Assembly (NCBI RefSeq): GCF_009914755.1
Contig: NC_060929.1
Source of the DNA: the human T2T-CHM13v2.0 reference genome, Homo sapiens
DNA length: 64,000 nucleotides
Strand: one strand, 5' to 3'
Below are positions 13,062 through 28,955 of the stretch, in pieces; positions within the stretch are counted from its first letter, which is position 1; the number at the start of each line of letters is the position of its first letter. The notes beneath the pieces are model-generated. The model ran no database searches. It worked only from the letters and a program-made list of their open reading frames with translations, and was not told the origin of the DNA. Made by a program: the position numbers and the translations under genes.

Positions 13062-15319
13062 TGTATTAGTTTGTTTTCATGCTGCTGATAAGTACATACC
13101 CAAAACTGGGAACAAAATGAGGTTTAATTGGACTTACAGTTCCACATGGCTAGGGAGGCCTCAGAATCATGGCGGGAGGTGAAAGGCACTTCTTACACGG
13201 TGAAAGCAAGATAAAAATGAGGAGGAAGTAAAAGCAGAAACCCCTGATAAACCCATTAGATCTTGTGAGACTTATTCACCATCACGAGAATAGCACAGGA
13301 AAGACTGGCCCCCATGATTCAATTACCTCCCCCAGGTCCCTCCTACAATACACGGGAATTCTGGGAGATATAATTCAAGTTAAGATTTGGGTGGAGACAC
13401 AGCCAAACCAGATCATTCTGCCCCTGGCCCCTCCAAATCTCATGTCCTCACATTTAAAAACCAATCACGCCTTCCCAACAGTACCCTAAAGTCTTAACTC
13501 ATTTCAGCATTAACCGAAATGTCCACAGTCCAAAGTCTCATCTGCAACAAGCCAAGTCCCTTATGCCTATGAGCCTGTAAAATCAAAAGCAAGCTAGTTA
13601 CTTCCTAGATACAAAGGGGGTTCAGGTATTGGGTAAATACAGCCATTCCAAATGGAAGAAATTGGCCAAAACAAAGGGGTTACAGGGCCCATGCAAGTCT
13701 GAAATCCACTGGGGCAGTCAAATTTTAAAGCTCCAAAATGATCTCCTTTGATGCCAGGTCTCACCTCCAGGTCATGGTCTTCGGCAGCTCCACCCCTGTG
13801 GCTGTGCAGGTTATAGCCTCCCTCCTGGCTGCTTTCATGGGCTAGCATTGAATGTCTGCAGCTTCTCCAGGTGCACAGTGCAAGCTGTTGGTGGACCTAA
13901 CATTCTGGGGTCTGGAGGATGGTGGCCCTCTTCTCATAGCTCCAATAGTCAGTACCCCAGTAGGGACTCTGTGTGGGGGCTCTTGCCCCACCTTTCCCTT
14001 CCACACTGCCCTAGCAGGGGTTCTCCATGAGGGCCCCACCCCTGCAGCAGACTTTTGCCTGGGCACCCAGGTGTTTCCATACATCTTCGGAAATCTAGGC
14101 AGAGGTTGCCAAACCTCAATTCTTGACTTCTGTGCACCTGCAGGCTCAACACCACATGGAAGCTGCTAAGGCTTAGGGTTTCCACCCTCTGAAGCCACAG
14201 CCCAAGCTCTACACTGACCCCTTTCAGCCATGGCCGGAGCAGCTGGGACACAGGACACCAAGTCCCTAGGCTGCACACAGCATGGGGACTCTGGGGCCAG
14301 CCCACAAAACCACTTTTTCCTCCTGGGCCTCTAGGCCTGTGATGGAAGGATGCCATGAAAGTCTCCAACATGGCCTGGAGACATTTTCCCCATGGTCTTG
14401 GGGATTAACATTAGGCTCCTTGCTTCCTATGCAAATTTCTGTGGCCAGCTTGAATTTCTCCTCAAAAAATAGGTTTTTCTTTTCTACTGCATCATCAGGC
14501 TGCAAATTTTCTGAACTTTTATGCTCTGTTTCCCTTTTAAAATTGAATGCTTTTAACAGCACCCAAGTCACCTTTTGAATGCCTCGCTGCTTAGAAATTT
14601 CTTCCACTAGATACTGTAAATCATCTCTCTCAAGTTCAAAGTTCCACAAATCTCTAGGGCAAAGGCAAAATGCCACTAGTCTCTTTGCTGAAATATAACA
14701 AGAGTCACCTTTGTCCCAATTCCGAAGAAGTTCCTCATATTCATCTGAGACCACCTCAGCCTGGACCTTATTATTCATATCATTATCAGCATTTTGTCAA
14801 AGCCACTGACAAGTCTCTAAGAGGTTCCAAACTTTCCCATATTTTCCTGTCTTCTTCTGAGCCCTCCAAACTATTCCAACTTCTGCCTATTACCCAGTTC
14901 CAAAGTCGCTTCCACATTTTTGGTTATCTTTTCAGCAACGTCCTACTCTATTGGTACCAACTCACTGTATTAGCGCATTTTCATGCTGCTGATAAAGACA
15001 TACCCAAAACTGGGAACAAAAAGAGGTTTAATTGGACTTACAGTTCCACATGGCTGCAGAGGCCTCAGAATCATGGCAGGAGGTGAAAGGCACTTCTTAC
15101 ATGACAGTGGCAAGAGAAAAATGAGGAATAAGAAAAAGCGGAAACCCCTGATAAGCCCATCAGATTTTGTGAGACTTATTCACTATCAAGAGAATAGCAT
15201 GGGAACGACCAGCTCCCATGATTCAATTACCTCCCCCTGGGTCCCTCCCACAACATGTGTGAATTCTGGGAGATACAATTCAAGTTGAGATTTGGGTGGG
15301 GACACAACGAACCATATCA
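13062..15319 (-). mobile_element. Full-length THE1A-like MaLR element (LTR 13062-13415, internal 13416-14965, LTR 14966-15319)
   Basis: Two ~354-bp TG...CA LTRs, THE1 internal sequence between them, 5-bp TSD GATAC at 13057-13061 and 15320-15324. Confidence 0.93.
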
Positions 15320-15459
15320 GATACCTCTCTTCATGTTGCCAAATATTTAGAGTTCTCATTAGGATTTTTAAATGCTACTGGGAATAAATGGAACAGTATC
15401 TGAAATTTTTATTTGTCAAAAAGAGAAAGGAAAGCTAATCAAATGTAAAATAATAGCAG

Positions 15460-16432
15460 AGAAAACAGACAACATACAGAATGAGAGAAAATATTTGCAA
15501 ACTGTGTACCTGACAAAAGTCTAATATCCAGTATCTACAAGGAACTTAAACAAATATATATGAAAACAACAAACAATTTCACTAAATAATAGGCAAAGGA
15601 CATGAACAGAAACTTTTCAAAAGAAGACATACATGTGGCCAACATGTATATGAAAAAAAGCTCAACATCACTGATCATCAGCGAAATGCAAATCAAAAGC
15701 ACAATGAGTTCCCATCTCATGCCAGTCAGAATGGCTATTATTAAAAAGTAAAAAATAATAATAATAATAACAACAGATGCTGGTGAGGTTTGCAGTGAAA
15801 AGGGAACAAACTCTTACATACCGTTGGGTGGGAGTGTAAATTAGTTCAACCACTGTGGACAGCAGTGCGTTGGTTCCTCAAAGAGCCAAAATCAGAACTA
15901 CCACTTGACCCAGAAATCCCATTACTAGGTATATAACCAAAGGAATATAAATCATTCTACAATAAAGACACATGCACATGTATGTTCATTGCACCACTAT
16001 TCACAATAGCAAAGACACGGAATCAACCTAAATGCCCATCACTGCCCATAAATATGGTACATGTACACCATGGAATACTATGCAGCCATAAAAAAGAACA
16101 AGATCATGTCCTTTGCAGGAACATGGATGGAGCTGGAGGCCATTATCCTGAGCAAACTAACGCAGGAACAGAAAACAAAATACCGCATGTTCTCACTTAT
16201 AAGTGGAAGCTAAATGATGAGAACACAGAGACACAAAGAGGGGACCAACAGACACTGGGGCCTACTTGAGGGTGAAGGGTGGGAGGAGAGAGAGGATCAG
16301 AAAAAAAACCTATTGGGTGCTAGGCTTAGTACCTGGGTGATGAAATAACCTGTACAACAAACCCCTGTGACATAAATTTAGCTACATAATAAACCTGCAC
16401 ATGTACCCTTGAACCTAAAATAAACTTTTTTA
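15460..16432 (+). mobile_element. L1 3' end (older L1PA, PA13-16-like)
   Basis: ORF2 C-terminal remnant (MFIAPLFTIAKTRNQPKCPS) and 3' UTR ending AACCTGCACATGTACCCTTGAACCTAAAATAAA. Confidence 0.88.
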
Positions 16433-16689
16433 AAAAGTCAAATGATATTAAAATGGTCATTCAACTTATAAAAATCCAGTAGAGGTTAAAGAAGATAAAG
16501 CAAGATTTTAAGAAATTTATATTGCATTTACTCAGATTATTTCTTGTACCAATGGGTTAATTTTCACAGCATTTTTAAACTTACTAAAAGATAAAATTTC
16601 TCTTACACAGTTAGTTGACATGTTTGTGATGATAGTATTTAATCCTACAGTGGACACTTTAAAAATAAAATTCAATTAAAATTCTGCAT

Positions 16690-17140
16690 AAGCATCATGT
16701 TAGTCACCTATCACCAAAATAATCTTAGTGGTTTAAAATACAAGTATTTATTTTTCTCATTCACTCCTCTGCGTGCAGGTTGGCTAGATTTTGGTGATGT
16801 TGGCTGGGTTCACCTGGGATTGTCCCCAGAATTCCAGCTGGGTTCAGGTCTGCTCCAAATATCTCCTTCTGGAGCCCAGAGTGAAGGGGTAGTGGTTATT
16901 CAGGAGGTGCTTCTCATGGTTATGGCAGAAGCCCAAGCGGGCAAGCCAACTGAGCAAAGCCTCTGTTTGGGTCACACCTGCTAACTAACACCTTTCTGCC
17001 CAAGGATATCACTCTACCAACTACCCAAAGGGCAGGAAAGTCCACTCTGCCCATCATGAGGCTATGACAAGGGTATGGACATACAGTATAATACTATGGT
17101 AGAGGGATGAAAAATTAAGTCCAATAATTCGGGAATCACC
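16690..17140 (-). mobile_element. MLT1 (J/K-like) LTR fragment
   Basis: CTTAGTGGTTTAAAATACAAGTATTTATTT...TTCAGGTCTGCTCCA...CTTCTCATGG...GGCAGAAGC. Confidence 0.55.
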
Positions 17141-17490
17141 ATCTTCTGAACATAAATGCTATAGCCTATCAAGTAGAAAAAGAATAAACTCGGCAATTAA
17201 GAAAATTTATACCCAATTCACAATTTAAAATATTCTTGGTTGCTTCCATTTACTGTGTGTGTCCCATTAAGTGTGTAGATGTTAAATATGCTTTGCCTAA
17301 CTTCCCTAACAATGTAATCAGGATCAAATGCACCATAGTGGATTGTTATATCACATCATTTTACAAAAACAAAAGAAAACAAAAACACCTCTATTGTTTG
17401 AAAGATATTTTTAAAATTGCTTATTTCAAGTTATTTTACATGTAAAATATTTAAAATATTACTAAATTTCACCTTTTAAAATACTTACCA

Positions 17491-17622
17491 GGCAGGGCGC
17501 AGTGGCTCACTCCTGTAATCCCAGCACTTTGGGAGACCGAGGTGGGCAGATTGCTTGAGCCAGTTCAAGACCAGCCTTGGCAACACAGTGATGCCCTGTC
17601 TCTAAAAAAGATATAAATAAAA
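17491..17622 (+). mobile_element. Alu left monomer (FLAM/AluJ-like)
   Basis: GGCAGGGCGCAGTGGCTCACTCCTGTAATCCCAGCACTTTGGGAG...GATTGCTTGAGCC...A-rich end; single arm. Confidence 0.88.
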
Positions 17623-18154
17623 TAGTGTATAGTTGCATCACAGCACCCAATACAGTGGTTTACACATAGTAGGTGCTTAATATATGTTGCTGAGTGAATT
17701 CTTGAATAAAAAATATAGGTGATTTTTATTTTATCCTGTGAGCTGAATTTATTTAGCATCAGAATTTTTGAGCAAAATGTTAACATAAATGAATGACTTG
17801 CTTGCTCTGCACAGGCACTTTTGTTTGGTAGGACCATAGCATTCTGTGCCAACTCTTGAAAACTGTTGAAACAATCTGCAACTTTTCATTTGTATTTCAA
17901 CTCAACAATAATAATGACTGGACTTTCGAAAATATGTATTAAGCCCGTTGGGGGGTGGTTATACTATTTCTATCATATTATTTTCAAGGAAAATTAATCC
18001 TTTATTTACTAAGGAACAAAGTAAAAAACTATATTATTCTGTTAATATTTGGGCTAAAAATTTCCTTATTATTAGTTTTGGTGCCTAATAATATCCTCCA
18101 CCCATTAATTGTTATATAGTGATTTAATATTTTAGTCATTTTAATGATATAAAT

Positions 18155-18673
18155 GCTATTGTTTGATAATCCTCCCTTTAAAAGATAGAGTCAAATCCTC
18201 TTCCCCTTTAAGTGCAGGGTTGGACTTAGTGACTCTCTTCCAAAAAAATAGAACATGGCAGAAGTGATGAGGTGTAATTAGGTCATAAACGACATTGTGT
18301 TTCCCCCTTGCTGTCTGTCTCCCAGCTGTTAAGTCATAAGGACATTCAAGATGTTCTATGAACTTCATGTGGCAAGGAATTGAAACCTCATTAACAGCAA
18401 TCAGCAAGAAATAAAGACATTCTTTCTATAGCTGTCTGAGTAAGAGATCTTAGAAGGGGATCCTCCAGCCCTAATCAAACTCAGTCATGTCTAAAATGAC
18501 TGCATTCCAAGTAGAAGTCTTAACTAGAACCTCATGGGAAACCTAAGGCAGAACTATCCAGCGAAGCCACTCTGAAATTTTTAAATTACAGAAACTATGA
18601 GATATTAAATGTTGTTTTAAGCTGCCCAATTTGTTATGGGGGTAATTCATTGTGCCACAATAGAAACTAATAC
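18155..18673 (+). mobile_element. MLT1-family LTR
   Basis: GGACTTAGTGACT...ATAGAACATGGCAGAAGTGATG...ATGTGGCAAGGAATTGA...TTTTAAGCTGC...AATAGAAACTAATACA. Confidence 0.75.
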
Positions 18674-19249
18674 AAACATTCTGTTGTTTTCATAAAATGC
18701 ATTGGCCACTTTATAAATTCATGTTTTAATTCCTGTGTTATGAGTTTCTCAAACTAGTTTGAAGCAATAAACTCTGGACGATTTCAGCATAATTATTTTA
18801 GAAATATTTTGGAGAAATACAGGATGATAGAGCTTTCATAGTGCTCTAGAGACTACTGATTAAATGATATGAACAGATTTAGTAATCTAGAAAGATCTTT
18901 ATTGCTGTGTCTGCCCATAACCAAATTTGCTCTAATTTTTTTCTAAAATAATTTTTCTTCTTACAAAAAAAAGCTAAGTTTTTAGAGCAATTAAATAAAA
19001 AGTGAAACTATGCAAGCCCGTGCTCAGACATAATACTATCATTTTAGCACATTCTTCTATTGTGTATCTTTAGTAGAATTTTTAAAAGGTAAGATCATAC
19101 TGTACATGTTTTAAATTGAACATGAATATTTTCATGTCATTTAATACTCATCTCTAATGTAATCTATAAACATCTTCACTCTAAACCCTTCTCATCTCCA
19201 TTACACTATCACTCGAGATGAAATTATTACTATTTTTTGCCTCAGCTGC

Positions 19250-19830
19250 TTGCCTTTAGTAGGTGGAAGCCTTTACTCTTCCCCATACAGAGCCAGGTGG
19301 ATTCCTATAAAACATCAATACAGTCACATTACTCCTCTACTCTCAAAAAACCTAAATTTTGTTCACCACCGACAAGGCTTTCCAAGATCTGGCACCTAGC
19401 CTCCTTTCAGCTCTCATTTCCTATCACTTTCACCCTTTCTCACTGGCTACCTAGTTTGCTATCGGGGCGTTTCTCTTGCTCAGCTCTGCCTGGAAAACTT
19501 CTCCCACATATTCACAAATGGCTCACTCCCTCACTTCATTCAGTTCTCTGCTCAAAGGTCACTTCTTCAGAGAGGACTTCCTTATTCTAAAAAAAAAAAA
19601 AAAAGCTTCCTTTATTGCTCACTTAGGCTTTTTTAATACAATCATGTCATTATTTGACATTGCACTATATTTGACAGGATATATTTATCTGTTCTTTGTC
19701 TCCCTAAACTAGAATGTCAGTTCTAACAATGCAAGCACCTTGTCTGGCTTATTTATCATTCTATCCTTATTGCTTAAAATAGTATCTGACACGAGATAGG
19801 TGCTTAATAAATATATTTTTGTTAAACAAC
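19250..19830 (+). mobile_element. L2 3' fragment
   Basis: CTCTGCCTGGAA...CTCTGCTCAAAGGTCACTTCTTCAGAGAGG...TAGGTGCTTAATAAATATATTTTTGTTAAA. Confidence 0.7.
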
Positions 19831-20822
19831 TGTATGGATATACACTTTAAATAATAAATTATTAATCAATAATAATTATTTGATATTTGCATTCCTGCTT
19901 ATTTTTTTCCTATTATGAGCAAGCATGCCATAAACATATGTATGTTATCCATGCCAGAAACATGTAAAAAACCCCTATATTTGTTTTCTAAGATTTTGGA
20001 GTCAAAAAATATGGTTATTTTTACAGTTTTTGATACATAGTGCCAAACTGCTCTCCATCAGAAAGTTATGTTTTATATCACTTCAGAAATTAATGAAAGC
20101 TACTTTCTTCTCACCTGGAAAGACAATGTGCATTTTCCCTTTTAAACACCTTAATACGTGAAAGATAATTAAGATTTACCTTTTTTCAATTAGTAAAGGA
20201 CTTTTTATATGATATTATCTATTTACACTTCCTTTTTTTGTATGAATTGCCTCTACATGTCCTTTGCTCATATTTCTGATTTGCCTTTATTCATTGGTAT
20301 GAACTCTTTGTACATTAAAGCTACTGTTCCATTGTTTAAACCATGTTAAAATGTCATTTTTCTGTTTGTGATTTGCCTTTCAATTGTGATTACTATATAT
20401 TTTAAAATTTACTATATGGACATTTAAATTTTATACAGTCAAGAGACTCAACACCTTTGCCCAAGCTGCATCGCAATCAAATTTAAGAATGTCAATTCGT
20501 TATTTAAAAATGTTAATTATACATTTTAATGTACGCTATCAAAATATCTCATGTAACCCATAAATATATACACCTACTATACACCCATAAAAAATAAAAA
20601 GTGATAAAACCACAGAAAAAAATGTCAGTTCAATCAAAACAAAGTTGATTATCACTCTCAATCAAGGTTCGCATCTGGAAGATCGAGAACTGCACGTCAG
20701 AGTTCTCTTGGAAAAGCTCTAGGAATCCTGGGCTTCCAACGAGTTGAAGGAACATAGGATGAAACCATGGAAGTCTTCCTCAGATCTGGGGAGGGAGCCT
20801 GGCCCAAGAGCCCGTGGAGCTA

Positions 20823-20832
20823 ATGAAAACAG
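20823..20832 (+). CDS. SLC25A46: Candidate alternative upstream first coding exon end (Met-Lys-Thr + G), in frame with SLC25A46 exon 2
   Basis: ATG AAA ACA G|GTAGTA has the same phase-1 G as canonical exon 1, giving MKTEQLNRFAG... (327 aa). Confidence 0.55.
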
Positions 20833-20989
20833 GTAGTAGGGGACGCTCTACAGTAGTCCTCTCAGTTATTCAATTAGAGGTCCCAATTTTGAACGATATA
20901 ACTGGGATTTCAATACCCTGAGTGATTTAGACACATCAGAAAAAAATACGACAGAAAACTATAGTTTCTTTACAGCCTTAGAAAAGGAA

Positions 20990-22235
<1,246 letters not shown>

Positions 22236-22384
22236 TAGAGGTTTTGGTGTCTCAACTGATGGTCTGAGTTAAAAAGGAGATTGGATTATTAACTGTTACC
22301 TGATTCACTTTGGCAGCTCTATTTTCTTGATTTAATTAATTAATTAATGTGTTTACTTGTAGTTTTGTGTTCTGAAAAGAGAAG

Positions 22385-22500
22385 CCTTTCAGCATAAGCA
22401 TACTTGGGTTCAAACTTGGTTGTGCCACTCGTAATCTGAACAACTTAACCTCTGTGAGCCCTCAGTTTTCTCATCTTTAAGATGTGTAGAAGAATCCTGT
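22385..22500 (+). mobile_element. MIR fragment
   Basis: TGGGTTCAAAC...ACTTAACCTCTGTGAGCCCTCAGTTTTCTCATCT, the MIR core. Confidence 0.7.
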
Positions 22501-23254
22501 ATGGGACACATAGGCTAAAAAAAAAAAGTTTCCTTCCTTTTCCTTTTTGAACACAGGAGTTTTGTCTGCTTTTCAGATCCCCAGTCTAGAAAGTTTCCTT
22601 CCTATAATTTTCCTTTCTGCTTTCCTTCTGCTGACCTAAAAACTACATATAAAAGTTAGAAACACTGATACAATTTCAAGATAGGACTTCGGAATCATGA
22701 CATAATTATTCTCCATGGGATGTCAGAAAAGCTGCAACACTGCATGATGTAGATATTTTCAACATCCTTTTTTATTCATAAAATGTGAATAATGGCTACC
22801 TCTTTCTATTCTTCTGGAATTGTTAGAATAATAGATTAATGGTATTAATATTAAATTTATTGTAGAAATCAGCTTTATTCTTATTTCCTCGACTTTGACT
22901 TGGAAGTACAATAATATTTAACTAAGAAGAACAGACTAACGAATGTCTAGTGAGTAAATGAGGATGTGAAGAAAGATAGATGACTTACCTAGCTAATTGT
23001 CATACAATTAGCTTTTTGACTCTTCCCGGTTTAAAGTTATGCTTTGGTGGTTACAATGAGGAGGAGTTCCTTGACACAAGCAGGGGTTTATTTTGCAGCC
23101 TTAACAGGTGGGTGAATGTTAATTTTGCAACAAAGATAGACACCTAAGAGACTTACACAGTAAACAAGATTAAACCTTCCTAACACCTTCCAGAAAATGC
23201 TAGTAGCATTTTCTGTTGCTATTTGGGGATGATCTATACATACAAAATGGGTAA

Positions 23255-23598
<344 letters not shown>

Positions 23599-24631
23599 CT
23601 ATTTAGCTTATACATTTTTCTAGGGTAAACTGCGTAATTTCCCAGGAACATGCTTAGGTGGCCTTGTTCTGATTGAAAGGGAATAGTGAGGGCAGTTGCT
23701 TCACTTGAAAGAGAAGAGGAGAGAAAGAATTGTAACTTGTGAATATTGTATTATAGTTAGAATTTGATGTCTGGTCCCCTGGGGTTGTAATAGTTCACCA
23801 CTATGACTTTGAGTTTAGTCAAGAAGAAAGGCTTTTCTCTTTTGACATATGCATAGGAATGTTCCCAGCTGTGAACTTTTCCAGTAACATAACAGACATG
23901 CCATCTGTAGTAGCATTTAGGTATCCAGTAACCTACTCCAATTAATTAAACAGCTAGCCTCAAACTATTTAAAACTTGAAGAGATGGGGGAGAGCTGTAT
24001 TTACCCATTTTGGTTATCCCTAAGTACCCTTTCAAGTTAATAATTTAGAGGTGCTTTACTTGTAGTTATTGGTTTAATAAAGTGCTCTCCGTCAGTAACA
24101 GTGAATAACTAGTTTTACAGCATAAGAGGTAAAGTCGCAGGTGGAATATCAGCTGCGGCCAACCATGGAAAATTTTTTATTTGATTGGAATCAGAAGCTG
24201 AAAACTGGTAGCCCTTAGGTTCTGTCCGGATATTTGTTTCATTAGGCCAAGACAATGTGTTAACAGTTTTTGAAATAGTTGTCCAGGACTTTAAAATTGG
24301 AAGCTTTTATATAAAATGAGAATATCTTTTTTTGAAAAAATTACAACTTCAAAACCCTGGGCCCACACTCTAATGTGGCAACAATGAATTGGAGTGAAAG
24401 CGTAATTGTGCTTTAAACACTCTACACCTTGCAATTTGCCACAGACCCCAGCAGAGTCCTTCATTCATTTAAATTATTTACCTGGCCCCTATCAGAATTT
24501 GACTTTGAGGTTTAAATGAACAGCAGGTTAATAAAATAAATTTTTTAAAATTGTTTTGAGACTAAACCTAAATTGTCAGTAATTGGTTATCAGTAATCTT
24601 ATTTTTTTATTTCTATTTTTTTTTACTTTAG

Positions 24632-24674
24632 AACAGCTGAATAGATTTGCTGGATTTGGTATTGGACTTGCAAG
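24632..24674 (+). CDS. SLC25A46: SLC25A46 exon 2
   Basis: TTTTACTTTAG|AACAGCTG...GCAAG|GTAATG; (E)QLNRFAGFGIGLA(S); 43 nt. Confidence 0.96.
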
Positions 24675-24930
24675 GTAATGTTTTATCTAAAGACGTTTAC
24701 AGCTTTTATTTATTGAATTTAGAGTTTTTCTTTAATTTACAATATTAAATGATTATTATTGCTTCCTTTAGGTTGTTTCTTTGAAGCAGCAGCTTAAATT
24801 TTGAATAATATTTTGCAGAAAAAAAATGACCATTATTTAAAATATATAATTTGATAGTTTTTCCAGTAAGGATAGACTAGTCATCCAATTTTATAAACAC
24901 AAAGTAATTTTGTAATGAGTATTGTAACTG

Positions 24931-26120
24931 TTTTCATGGGTCTATCCAAAAAATAAAATGAAGTGTAATCTTATCTCTCTCCCATCAAAATAATAATTTA
25001 GAATGGGGTTCATGAAGATCAAATGGCTCTGCTGATAAGAACTTTTTTCATAGGACATTTTCTGAAAGAAAAATTACATGGCATTTAATGATGCCATGTA
25101 ACTGACGTGTCATTTCCCACATCAAACATACAGTGATCTAGTTTCATTTTATACCGTAGATATTAATATTGTGTATTATATATTGTTTCCCTTACTTACC
25201 TGTTTGCAGATCTGGTTTTCATTCTTTTCATGGGTCTATCCAAAGAATAAAATGAAATGTAATCTGTCTGTCTCCCATCAAAAAAGTAATTGTGCATGGA
25301 GGCTTCTTTCTAAACACTCTAATGCTTACAAGATATTTAGCAACATAGCATCTAGATTTTGTTTATAATCAGCGTTTGGTGATAGCATTACTTTTTTTTA
25401 TATCTAACGATCATTTTAAGAAAATCCTTTAGTCTTGATTATTGTGATCCTTAGTGAATACCATTTTCAAAAATATTGGAATTGCACAAAGCTTACATTT
25501 CATGCCATAATGATCATTATTTTAAACATTTTAACGAAGAAAAACACCTTATTTGCATAATTAAACCCGAGGGTGTTAATGTCAATATAAATAAAATCTG
25601 TGTTTTCCATTCTGCTGGAGTTGTTTTTTGCTTCAATATTTATACTTAAAGCTTTGATTCATTTGATAGACTATTATTACATATAAATATGTGTGCACAT
25701 GTATGTATATGTCACTCTGAGACCTGAAACCCACAGCTGTAATTGTTTTGTGGGGCACATTCTCAAAATAAATATTTGATACATAAATATTAGTCAATTA
25801 ACATGGTCATTAAGAATCTTATAATTTAAGATTTATACTTAAATTTATACTTAAACCTTATAATTTAAGTGCACCAAAACCAAACATTTTTAGAATGGGG
25901 TTCATGAAGATCAAATGACTCTGCTGATAGGAATTCTGTTATTAGGACATTTTCTGAAAGAAATAATTTGCAGCATTAAATGCCATTTAATTGATGTGCC
26001 ATTTCCCACATTAAACATTCAGAGATCTAGTTTCATCTTATACTATAGACATTAATATTATGTATTATGTATTGTTTCCCTTATTTACTAGTATGCAGAT
26101 CTGGTTTTCATTCTTTTCAT
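24931..26120. repeat. Diverged local duplication in intron 2 (A-B-A...B)
   Basis: B ~235 bp at ~24998-25230 and ~25888-26120; A ~65 bp at ~24931-24998 and ~25225-25290. Confidence 0.85.
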
Positions 26121-26141
26121 ATTGAATTTCGTTATGGGTAG

Positions 26142-26396
<255 letters not shown>

Positions 26397-26477
26397 TGAA
26401 GCAATACTTCTGACCCTAATATGAAGGGCAGAACTCACATAAATGACATGAAACCAGGTAATTGTTACTTCATGTGA

Positions 26478-28137
<1,660 letters not shown>

Positions 28138-28754
28138 TGTTATAACCCACTTTCTCTGTAAAGTAATGCTTCCTGTATTTGTTAGCTGTTAGAGTTCAAA
28201 ACAGTATAAATCATTATAAATTAATCTGTTCATGCTTAGCACTGAAAAGTATGTATACAGAAATACCATTAAAGTAGCATTGACTGTATGTGCCACAGAA
28301 CAGTGTATTTCAGATATATATTTTACATTGTAGTAATATTAACATGGAGATCCAATGGATACATTACATATAAGTAACAAATATATTATTTTTAAATGTT
28401 TTATGAAATAATACCATTAGAATGTAATACATTCTAATATTTTATTGTTTCACATAATAAATATTGTTTTGACACTCCCCCAGTTGATTTCATATACCAG
28501 TCAGTTGCCAAGTACAGTTTGAAAAATGCTTGCCTAAAATGAACATGAGTTGGGAGATGTAATTCAGTTGTTTAAGGCAAACCAAATATCAAATAAGACC
28601 CTCTTTATTATATAGTCTACAGTACTGTGTGTATTATGCATTGGTCTTCAGATTGTATTTATATAACCATACATACTGTACTTTTAATAGGTTATTTAAA
28701 GCACTTTTAAGAGTAATTTTGCTTATGTGTAATTTATGTTGACTTTGGAATTAA

Positions 28755-28955
<201 letters not shown>

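Noticed and set aside
13594-15288. Cluster of 80-170 aa ORFs
   Set aside because: All lie inside the THE1 element (decayed MaLR internal ORF and LTR).
24998-25230. Intronic snoRNA pair in the duplicated unit
   Set aside because: No C (RUGAUGA)/D (CUGA) boxes with a terminal stem conserved in both copies, and no clear H/ACA architecture.
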